A DNA stretch of 38,978 nt, taken from positions 82,419 through 121,396 of the forward strand of contig NMRA01000848.1 in NCBI GenBank assembly GCA_002633005.1, given 5' to 3'. Below the pieces are notes generated by a model that did no database searches, had not been told where the DNA came from, and saw nothing but the letters and a program-made list of their open reading frames with translations. Below are positions 11,501 through 23,500 of the stretch, in pieces. Made by a program: the position numbers and the translations under genes. Numbering within the stretch: the first letter of the stretch is position 1; each line of letters opens with the position of its first letter. Source of the stretch: Phoronis australis. Taxonomy: Eukaryota; Animalia; Phoronida.

Positions 11501-14500
11501 TGATAGAGGCGGGTTGAGGAACAGACAAAAAAACAAACTAGCAAACACGCATTAAGTTCTTTTATATTTTCGAGCGTAAATTTAACTTTTATTCAGTCAC
11601 CACGTTTTTATTAGTTTGTCTTATTTCCTATTTGGCGCATACTAAGAATACAAACATTTTAAAATTTGATGGTTGCACATGAGAAACTATAGTACATTTT
11701 AAATTCTCGGAGGCTCAGTTTTCTAGGAGACTGCCTTGGTTGTTGACTGATTCATCAAAGAGAAGAATTAGGCCGCATGTCGAAAAGTACGTGACATGTC
11801 ATGACATGGGCGGCGCACCATATGGGGCTAGGGCCTATGCCCACCACCCCGCACACTACGCCACTCATGCATGTTCCCATGCTTGCCTTCATACTTTTTC
11901 ATATAGTGACTCTTTACATTAATCAAATAGAGAGCGCGAAAAAGAGACATTTTTCACGGCAAGAGTAAACTACAACAATTGCAAACAGTGAAAGTAATTC
12001 AACACAAAATGAATTAAAACTGCATCCTAGAAATTAATCATTCCCGATACGCTATGCGCCATAATAAATATACCTCATTTTGACATGAATGAATGGTTCC
12101 ATCATGCGCCCGCTGCTTACCTCGCCTTGCACGCAAACTGAGCCGTCCTGCTTATGTAGGTTTTCAGGGCATGATGGTGCTGAACCGCTGCAGTACTCAG
12201 GGAGGTCGCATAGCGAGGCAGTTCTTCTACACAAAGTGCCCCGTACTGCGTGCTGACAAATGAAAGCAAACCGTGTAACTGCAGGGACGAACAGCGTGTA
12301 GGTTAAGTGCACGTGAGCAACACAAAGAAAGGTGACTTTTTATGGATAGCAAAATCGAACCGCGACATCCAAATTATGGACTTCTGGTATACACTGCACG
12401 AGTCCTAAATACCATGTTCCAGAATGAGTAACGCGGACGTTCGTGTGGACTTGTGATATTCATGTAAGAGTCCTGAACATTATGATCCAGAAAGAGTCGC
12501 GCACCTGATCGTATGCACAGTAAGCGGAAGCTGGCTTTTGAAAATTGCTAGACTTTCCTGCTTACTGGACTGTTGAATCCTTGAAAATACCACGTACACT
12601 GTAGGTCTGGGGGCAATTTCGCGTCACTTGGCTGCCGCAAAAAAGTAAAACAGCAAGAGCGTAGGGAAATGTTGAGTTTATTAATTAACCCCGATAATTA
12701 AAATTATATGGCGGAAACAAGATTTAAATGTGTGCAGTTTTTATGTGTTTGGAGGGGGGGTCTCAGATCCAATTTCAAGTGTCAACTTCGGAACACGGCT
12801 CAATCGTAACGAAACTATGACTAAGTAGAGGCTCTCCCGCGATATCCCAGGCGACCGGCTGTGGCGCTGCGAACTACGACTCCGTTTCCGTCGTCTGCTT
12901 CACTGTGCAATGAAAAAAATACTTCATTTTTTGAAGAAAGTGGAATCTGAATGACGATGAAAAAATAGAAGCTGCTGGTAAGATGTGAGTTTTAATCGAA
13001 GCCTTAGTGAATCACTCAGAAACTCATAACTCTCTTTGTCAAACCTTAACTGAAGACGATTTCTAAAGCAACCGCGTCATTAATGCCAACACAAAAACCG
13101 GATTTAGTCTTCTGGGCAATTGAAGACTATTTTAAATACAACAAGTTTGTTACAAACTGATTGCAGAAATATCAAAAGTGTAATAAGAATTACAGAAACA
13201 AGTAGGTTTCGCGCGCGAACGCTGTGGACCATAAACAAGTATTTCCCTTAGTATCGAATTACAAGTGAAATCGTGGTGGTGAAGTGGTAAAGCACGTGCG
13301 CTGTCTAAAACCAGGTCGTGAGTTCGAGTCTGTGGTAATTGCAGTTTTTCAAGTTTGAGCGTTCTCCGTGTTTTTTTTTTTTTGTTTCTTTGCCTTTTTC
13401 TGGGATAATACTTCAGGAATCAAGGAAAATGCTTGGATTTTTGCAGGAAAAAACAGAAAACTTTTCCTGAGCGGGAGGGAGGTTTGCCCCCTTCCCAACC
13501 ACCCCTCTCCCGACCTCCCCCCATTCGGTGCTGTGCGCATCTACAGTCGTGTTTTGCGCAAATGTTTACAGACAAAATGTCCCCCGCCCACTAGTGTTAT
13601 CATAGATCTGCCACTGAGAAGCATGCAGATTTCCAAAACTACGACACGCTGTTGAAAGTTAGAGGTGTTGCTAAGCTGAGCTGGGTATAGTCATCATGGT
13701 AACCAGGCATTTTCACGATCAAGATCACCAGTGCTCAGACAGTTTCATTAGCGAAACTAAACAGTCCATAAAAATTCGTATGTCACATTGTCGTCGTCCT
13801 AATTACGGGGACACTTATGATTCGGCTTTTTGGCCACCTGTGCGCCACTGAACATGATTTCAATACTGATGATGACACTAACCTACACTGTGAGGAAGAC
13901 TGGTTCAGAAGGGGTGCGAAGGAAGCTCTCCATGAGCGCATTGATTGTCCTACTTTAAATAAATGAGGCGGTTTAAGATTCGATTTGTGACACGTATGGT
14001 ATGGTGTTCTGACGTCAATGCCGCGAAGTCTGGTCAAAACGCTACCACTTGGCCAGAATAAGGATAACGTCACAAGCCAAGCCGAAGTCCGTGAGATGCG
14101 CACGCAACGTCGCTGATTTTTGTAAGTTTTTGTTCCAGTATTAGACTCAAAATTTATCTCTTTATTTATAGAACTTACCTGCTGCCTAATGTGCTGGACG
14201 GGAATTTTTAACTAACCGGTTATCTTAGCATAGAGTTTAAAATAGCTTGAGATGTGTTGCAGCAACTCAACCGGCAACAATGAACAATGTTCTTTCGGGA
14301 AGATGAATTCTTAAAAGTTATTAAACTTTCATGATGGGGGTTGAGATGATAAAACAAATAAACCAGACAACCCTGCATGAACCACTCATCAAAAGTTGGT
14401 CGTAGCACACATTCAGTTCAGACGTAACCACCTGACACGTTCTAAGATCACAACATCCCCCCTTCGCACACTGCACTCCTTCCGCCAAGGTGCACGTCGA

Positions 14501-17500
14501 AGGATTACAACATCTGTTGGTACATTGCCACGGCGGGCCGCAGTCACAAACTTCGCCGGTGTCTAGTGTTCCATCACCACACGTTGCAGGAACCTACGAA
14601 AGAAAATCCATCATACGAATTAGGCCACGTGGGTTTAAGCAGGCATCGTCTAATCTATAACGACTGAGTTACAGGGGTACGTTCATGTTGTGAAAAGCTG
14701 CTTCCAACAAGTTCAATCAGTGAATTTTAACTCACCCCGTCTCCAAGGCCTTGATATCCGGAAACAGTCAGGGTGGCTGCTGGTACACAGCGGTGACTTA
14801 TGCAAATCTAACAAGACAGATACTTACATAAGGTATTATCACGACCGCATAAATGGAGTCAAGTGAATTTAAGATGTGGGAGAATATTGAAGAAGAATAT
14901 TTCGAAGACATCCATCAGCGATAAGCTAAAAATAAGAGCTACACGTAGGTCTGAAAGTTTTCAATGGCTTTTTCGCAGACGATCGAAACCGTAAGCGCTT
15001 TCGACGGGAAGGCAATCAACCCCCGGCTTTACGCCATTTTGATTAAAAATGGAAATTTACATGTGTTATTCTTTGATAATTAATTAAACTGTACAACGCA
15101 AAAACGCGTGTCACAGTTAACAAATTAGTAATTTAGTCTATGTTGCTAGGAGAGTTAATAAAAGTGTCATGTGAACTCACTAGAGTTCTCTGAGAAGGTT
15201 AGAATCAGCAGTAGACAGAGTCTGATCAATACCACTCTATTAATAAACCCGATGTGTAGGCCCACGGTAAGTACTGCGACATTCAATTGCCGCAGGCTAG
15301 CTTATAATGGCCATCGCACATAAAAATTTTTGGATTATGTTTTGACAATATGACTATGGCATATACAAAAAATCTGGAGAGCAAAGGTTACTTCCTCTCT
15401 CTGTTCAATTTACACGTGGGACACGAATGCAAATATTTGACTTCTCGCTGGAATTTAAGGACAAACTAACCTTTGACAAGCAAACTGTAAAATTTCGTCT
15501 CAATACATCCACAAGTAGATTATGAACAGAACTCAGCCACGCACACATTTGTTTGATTCTTTCTACCCACTGCATCCAAAGTGTAAATTTTACAGGGGTT
15601 ACATCCACACTTTGTAGTTTACCACATTTTGCCATCCTATTTCCCTTGAGAACAAGAATGTTGAAGACAAAGAAAGCGTACCTTTCCTCTCGAGCAAACA
15701 CTTCCGTCAGGAACCATAAATATGTCTCGAGCTCCCCCTGGGATGTGAAGCGCTTTGCATTGATGTCTTGTGTAGTCGAACTGTATCTTTCTAGCACCAC
15801 TCAGCATAGACAAAGGGTCGAACGATCCCTCGTTAGTGCAAAAGAGCAGTCCACACATCCGGTCTCTAAAATATCACATTGTAAAATGTCCCATTTTGCA
15901 TATAGTAGGAGGTCCGAAATATCTTTACAACAAAGTGTTCCCTCTGCATTTGATTTGTTTGGTCAACTTTTTGTTGTCTGAACATTGTGTATTTAGCATC
16001 CGCGTATGCCGGTTTAAACAAAAAACGTTTATTTCCTGGTCTTGCAGATCGAACGATGGTTGTATCCAACTCATGTTGATTCTAACAATCGCCAAAGGGA
16101 AATACGAACCGTAATTTTCGGTAAATAGCATTCAATCCACATTAGTTCACAAAGAGCCGTCATAATAACTTAGATGGCGGGAATGGTTTGGTTCGCGGAC
16201 GTGACATCCGGGGAAGTTCGAACAATTGCCTAAGATAACCAGAAAATCGTATTTTAATCAAACCGACTCAGATAACGATTGCATGTGCCATTTAAGCGTC
16301 ATTAATGTTGGGATGATGGCTGATGATATATGATGCAAATGTCGTACAACGGGTCAGCGAAACTGGTAGTAAATGGTGGTGACCCGCAAATTAGGGAGCA
16401 ACTGATCACCTCACCGCTACAAGCCTATTGCCATGTTTAGTTTGACGTCATTTTGAAGTTTTGGATCCAGTCAAATGAAATGTCAAAATTTAATACAAAA
16501 TTAATAATTATAATATTACCCTAATCGTTCTCAACTCCTCGGGACCACATGATGGGTGGAACTGCTGTCGCAGCACACCAACTAATCCAAACACTTACTT
16601 TTGTAAAAAAATTTAAGTGATAAAATGCCACTGTTGTTACCTGAATCTCAAAAAGCCAAGAACAGCAACATTTTTGGAAATGTTCTTATTTGTGGGTCCA
16701 GATCGTGTCATGGGCCTATCAGTGGCAGATACGTCATTGCTTAACAAACGAATAACAATGCTTCCAATATTATCACGTGACTTACACGTGTTCACATTTA
16801 TAGTGCTTCCCGTTGTTGTCGACTCCACAATTGCCTCGAATGGATCCTTCCCTGTTCATTCGGTAACACGGTCGTTGGGCAGCTCTGGCTGACGGTCCAA
16901 ACAGCTCACGACACCGCTGTGTGTGGCTTACGCACTTGTTTTTGTAGCAGTACGACTGTAAGGCAAAAACTGGTATTGCAGCTACTTTACGCAAAACGCA
17001 CTACTCGATACTAAACCCGACTGTGACTATTTAACAGGTGTCAACAATAATCTTCCCATCGGGAAAAGTTTGGAGTAAATTTTTTAAATTATTTGAAAAG
17101 TCTACTAAATGGACAAGGAGAAGATAAGTTACATGGCGACTTCTGGCTTAAATCATTCACCAACTACCATAAAATTATTTCTGTTCGCATACAATGTAAT
17201 TAACAAAGATTTCACAGGGCTTTTGGACAGCTTAGACATAGATGTGACTAAAATCTGAGAGAGTTGGCCGAGTTGACGTATTTTAACACCGGCGGATCGG
17301 TAGTACTAGAATTTTGCAACACGGGAACCCTGCCACAATTTCCTAGCGAAATACGTCTGGCCCCTAACCATTGGTGTTTTTGGCACGGCCGTAGCCACAT
17401 TCCACCTTTTATAAATTTTTTTCTCCTATACACGTATGTGATCATAATCATGGGTATTTAGTGGATGTAACTACTCAAGCCACCATGTTGTGCAAAAGTG

Positions 17501-20500
17501 CACGTTTAATCTTCTCTTAACCAATGCACACTTTTCTGTATCTGTCGATGAAGAATCAGTGTGTTAATTAAGTGATTATTTGAGAACGATATGCCGTTAT
17601 AACAGGCCTAGAATACTGGTTTAGTCACTTTTGTTCAACATTATCAAATAATTAGTGGTTCGAGTGGGACATTGTCACAAATTTAGCCATTAGCAGAAAA
17701 GGCATACAGTGGTATTAAAGCACTAATTATATCCCATGCTTACCATCTCTGAACCAACACGGCAAACGGCTCGATCACGCTTGCGCCTGTCATTTGGACA
17801 GTTTTTGGAATTCCCTCTGCAGTATTCAGCAAGATCGCATGTGTCGGTCTTGTCCCTGCACACTTCCGTCGATGGTTTGAACTTGAACACAAATATTAGA
17901 TAGACATTTCCGTTGAAGCGGCTATAAATCTGTGTTCCATACGAGAAGGGACAATTTGATTGAGACCACTTAACGTTGCAAAGTTGGTCCCAACTTGTTT
18001 CTTACTCAGATAACAAAAAATCATTGGCTTTAAAAAGAAATGACTGTGTCTAAATCCCAAACACCTTGCACGGATTAAAAGTGATACATGTACGTCAACA
18101 GCCTGGTGCAAAATAATGACGAACTGCTAATTTCTTTGAAGTCCTCAAATCTATTTAAAACTGTCAAAGGAGCAATTTGACAGAAACTTATTAAGGATAA
18201 GTGGTTTAAATCAAATGAGATAGAAAGTTGGTGAAGCCAAATCAAAAAATATGGTGATGAAAACAGTCGTTTTTATCAACTGGTCACGCGTAGATTTTTT
18301 TCTTTTCCGGAAATACATGGCCGAAGATGTTTCCTTATATTTCTGTTCACAAAGCATGGGATAGTGCTGGATTCACACGACCATCAATTTAAAACGTTTC
18401 AGATAAGACTCTTTATCTTGAAATACGCTGTGTTGGCTCACTCCAAGCATATACCTGAGAAACGTTCCAACGCAGTTCAGCAGTAATTGCCGACAGGCGT
18501 GAGGAATGTAATGAACCACGTGACCTACACGATGCAACGTCATTCGGCACGTTGTTGCTGTCTTATGCCAATAAAGAAACAGTATTATGCTTGCAGGTGA
18601 TGTCCTGAAACGCTCGCACCCACCCTGCAGTGTATGATTTGGATATAAAAACGGCCACACTATAAGTCTTGTTTTACAAAAAATTCCACTGCGTAATGGA
18701 GTGATTAGAAATAAGGCTACTTTAAGACGTCTAGAGTGAACCACCTTTACTAATAAGGTCAAAGCTCTGGGGCTAGAAATCGTTAGCACCAATAGTCATC
18801 TCCACTCTGTAAGAAATATAGAACTAGGATTGGAGACCTGGCTTTTACTGGGGACCAGCGTATGTTAGAAAACAACACCCGATGTGCTATCACTTAGCGT
18901 GACAGCCGGGACGTCTGGTATAGCTTTGGTTGTTAGCTTGACGTTAACCTCCTCCCCTTCTTTACAGTTATAACAGTGTATTTGGCAGCTACATAGTTGA
19001 AGATCGGTTATCACATTTAAATACCGGTGTCCAATGATTTACCAGACAAAGGTTGAGATCACAGCAAGGTCCATCGGCACATTGGGACCCGCGATTCAAA
19101 GTACACGTCCACGGGATACAGCAGTGGTGGTTACACTGGGAAGGTAACCCGCAGTCGCATTGTTCACCAGGTTCCACTATACCGTTCATGCATGTACTAA
19201 GTGCTGCCTGAGAAGACAATTTTTAACAATAAACTTTAGGTATTCTGAACTAAACCAAGCAAGACGATGACTAATTTAGATTAGTTCATTCAGATCTCGT
19301 GTTCAGCCTAAAGAAGAAATTAGATACTTCGGAGTTTTGTCTCGTCGATTTTAAAACTCAAGGTTATAATGTCATTGAAAACCCCTTTCCAAGCGTCATA
19401 TCAAACTATGATGTGTTGCCAAACAAATGCAGAGAGACTACAAGATAACGTTACTACGGGCTAAGATATCCCCCAGAGATGGGTGCACGTGACCACGCTG
19501 TGAGTCAGGGTCCTGTCACGTCGACGTACTCACGATGTTTAAAACGGGAAATTGAGTAGGAATTGATTATGTATTTTGCAGCCCGAATATAAAAGTGTGA
19601 ACTGTGTTGTATTAGAGGCGCATATTTGGCTTAAAGTGCCTGCTTTCTTAGGAAAGGAACGAAAGTTCTAATCATACAGTTATTTGGGAGTGATATAGTC
19701 CGTCCTTATGGAGGTCTTAGGGGAGTTGTTGAATTGATGAAGGCATCAGGCGTTAAGTATCCGTGTCCTCTGCGAAGCTTGAAACACAATAGCAAGACAG
19801 CTTTTACAGTGACTACACCTCTATTCCGGCCGTCGACTACCCGCCTCTGTAGGGCCTTGTGCGTGTCTTTCGTCAGTTAAAATTTATATTTCACTTATTC
19901 GCTTACCGCATTTCTTGGAATTATGGATTGGCAAGTCGCGTTAACACACACCTATGGGAACAAATGTGATGGATTATGAAGCAGAAAGTCATCACAAATG
20001 TTAATCCTTTGTATAGGACTAGGGGGGTACACAACAATTCATAAACACACACACACGAATACAAAATGCAAAAAAATCCATTCGTATTAACGAAACTTTT
20101 GGCTAGGGAAGTATTTTGATTAAGAACTTAACAGACGAGACTACAACTGAAGTTTCTTTTTAGCTGGGCAGATAGTAGAAAAATCATGTATTTGATGATG
20201 CAAGCACCAAAATTGGCACGACAACCTAAAAATCCAAAATGGCGGCCATTTTTCAAAATGACCGCCATTTGGCGCTTGCGGGTAATGCTTTTCCTCATGA
20301 ATCTGTCTCTGCCCAACCGATTTTCATGAACTTGTTGTCAAATCGTATGTTTTTTGGATATGCTGAATTCATTTTTGATATTTTAAGAAGCAATTTAACA
20401 CCATGTGGGCAACTACTAACAAAATAAACAAGAAAATACAACATCAAAATGCATTTCGAGAAACGGAACTGTGCTCTCGCACATCAAATATAAAATAAAT

Positions 20501-23500
20501 GGACGGAATCATCAATTGCAAACTTAGTCGAACATGAACATCACAGTAATTCTAAATTAATAACACACAATTATATATTGTTCAGAATCTATTGTCTATT
20601 ATTCATTCCTTTGATGAATTCGTTCACGACGTTACTGGTCACATATACAAAAGGAAGTCCTGCTCGGAAACATTTGTACCTCCAGGTGCAACCTTTCTTA
20701 CAGCAGCATTTGGTCAATTCCTGGCAGCAGGCAGCTATTGGTGGAAGGGTTGTTCACTGTACATGTATTTTCCATGACTCTTCACCTTGAATCTAACCCC
20801 AGTCAGCAGGAGTGCTGGTTATGCTATTATGAGTCACCATGGACAATCTGGTGCTTGTATCATAATTTGCACGATTCTGGTGCATTTTGCACTTATCTTC
20901 CCAGCGATTTGAAAGAATTTTGTTTTCAAAGTTAAGTCAACTGCGCTACGAGTAAAGAATTGTGCTTAAGATTTTGTGCCCGATGTTCGATAAATTGCAC
21001 GAGTAGCATTCTCCGTTAAAAACAATCATAGCTACTCAAAATGAACCTACCTTCCCAATTCCACAAATACTGCCGTCTTCAGTCATGCCTAAGTCGGGAT
21101 TGGCACTAAATGTGATAGCTCGGCATCCTCCGTGGTTCACCATGAAGTGCGGGTAGACAGAAAAGCGGTAAGCATCGCCGCCGCTACACTGTAGCAAACC
21201 ACACATCAAGTCTCTGTGAAGCGAAATGTCACTTGTAACTTAACCGTATAGTCTAAATGTCCTTACGGTCGAATGGAATGCGTTGGCGTGACCACTGTTC
21301 CTTTACGTTACCTAGTTAGTTTGGTATAGGTGGCGTTGCTATCTGGTACCGCATGTGGGTTCTATAATTGCACGACACTGAACGGTCATGGCGTAAGCCA
21401 CCTGCGTCTTGTTTTGTCATGGCAGCAAAACCAAAGGCTACGGCATGACCTCAAAGTAAAAGTCACCACCCTTTGGCCTTAATAGGAATATCTGGGAATA
21501 CGACCCACGACCCCCTCGACCCACGGCCTACAACCCCTTCGACCCAGCTTACACAAGCTTGACCAGAACATGAACATAGAACAAACACTGACTTGCAGGA
21601 CCGACGAGTTGGGCCGTGAGCTCGGTTACTTTTCCCTATTTTTTGCAATTAAGAGAATAGAATTAGCAATTTGAAAGACAAAAAACAGCAAACAACAGCG
21701 CGACGAAATCAAATGAAAGATCTATCAACTCTACAAATGTCGTTCCCGGCAAAGTGCAATCGTTTCATCTGCTTTTTGGTGGGTGTCAGGTTCAATCTTG
21801 TTGCGAGAGTGCGAGGAAGCGATGAATATGTAATTTCTTCATTAAATACAGTTTGAAAAATAAGACAAATTGGCCTACAGCCATTTTTGGTTTAAGACAC
21901 AAAAAATAAAACTTGGCGTCACATTAAGGAAACGGTACATACATTTGTAAGCATTGCTGGAAAGTTTCACTGTTGCTGTCATAACCACAATGGCCGGCCT
22001 GGTTGCCAACAGAGTTATTCTTGTAGCAGTCAACACTTGCTACATGGGCTGACGATCCCCAGAGAAGTCTGCATTTGGTGTTGCGACTCACGCATTTTCC
22101 TTCGTAGCAGTAAGACTACAAGGCATAGAGGAACGTTCTTGACATTAGTTGCTCAAGCGATTACTAATTCGGAATGGAAGTAGGGGCGTTATACTTTCAC
22201 CACTGACCGGCAGCAATGAGAAAACGAGCTCACGGGAATCTGTGGTCCTTTTGAAAAATGCTCTATTGTCTACTAGGATAGCCAGGATTTGAATCCAGGT
22301 TTTCAAATTGGGACCCAGATGCCAAAACACCGAGCTACAGTGCCCATTCTTACCATTGCGATATATTCAATTGATTTTACATTTAAATTCAAACATTAAT
22401 TTAAGAAGCAGTCCATATAAAAACAGTAGATTTTCAGTCTATACGTCAAAATTCAAAACAACTCCATTTTATGTACATGGATAGGTATCCTAACAAAAAT
22501 CTAAATGTCACATTTTGTGCACTAGATGACCTCTTATTTCGCCGCTTGGGCACTAGACCGCAATTGGTCATACAGTGTATTAGCCGCTTCCAAACTTGTG
22601 TGTTTTCAGCCACAAAAAAGTTATTTACAAAATAGATTGAAAGTTGTACTTTGGTGGCTGGAATAACCAATGTATAGTGCAAATAATTATTTGGCATTTA
22701 ACCAAATTTGACGGCGTTGTGCTAAACAGGGGAGATAATCCACAGACCACCTTCCCTAGCTAATTTTAGTGGCTGTTTTTGTAACCCACTTATTGCCATA
22801 TTGCACCTTGTAGCTTTATTTAACTTTTTGAACTTACAGCTAAAGAATAAATCTTGATGAGCGACAAAAAAAATTCTTGCCTCAACTTTATATTTTTATC
22901 TCCGTAGTTAACAGAGAAATTGAACGAGGTTTTGAACAAGAAATCTGCTTTAAATTGTTATAAAAGTAAATTCCAAGGTATTTCAAATGAAAACAAGTTG
23001 TTTTCTGAATGTATTACCCGAACAGTATCAAAACTGAACCCAGTGATCTGTGTCCAGTGAGTCAGTTGACACTAGGTTTGATGATATATAAAAAACTTGT
23101 ACATGCAACCCCCTTGTTTTCTTCCATTATCATTTATTTGACAATTGTAGGTCCATTAAATGGAAATAAATCTTTTCAAGATTAAATTGGTAAGAATTGC
23201 TTTTTGAAAAAACTGATTTTGAGGCTATTATGTTCTTAAGGACAAAATGAAGAACAAATGCCAATTGTAGTGGTCAAGAGAGTTTTCATCGACAGGTAAA
23301 ATTGTGACTGAGCAGGATCCATCGTGGGGTCATATCCTGTGCGATGTTCGCCGAAAAGAATTCGGTCCTGGTTGGTAGCTGTGTAACACCCCAGATAACA
23401 TATGTCTGGTGTCCCCCATGGACGACACTTGTTTAGCAGTCCCCCCTCCCCCTTCGGCAGGCGCCCAGCGGCAACTGACCCCCCTTGCTACGGCACAGAG

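Noticed and set aside
20812-20891. Peptide [12 protein letters not shown] that seemed to extend the transposase remnant
   Set aside because: This stretch is the terminal inverted repeat matching 20161 onward, so the resemblance is probably coincidental.
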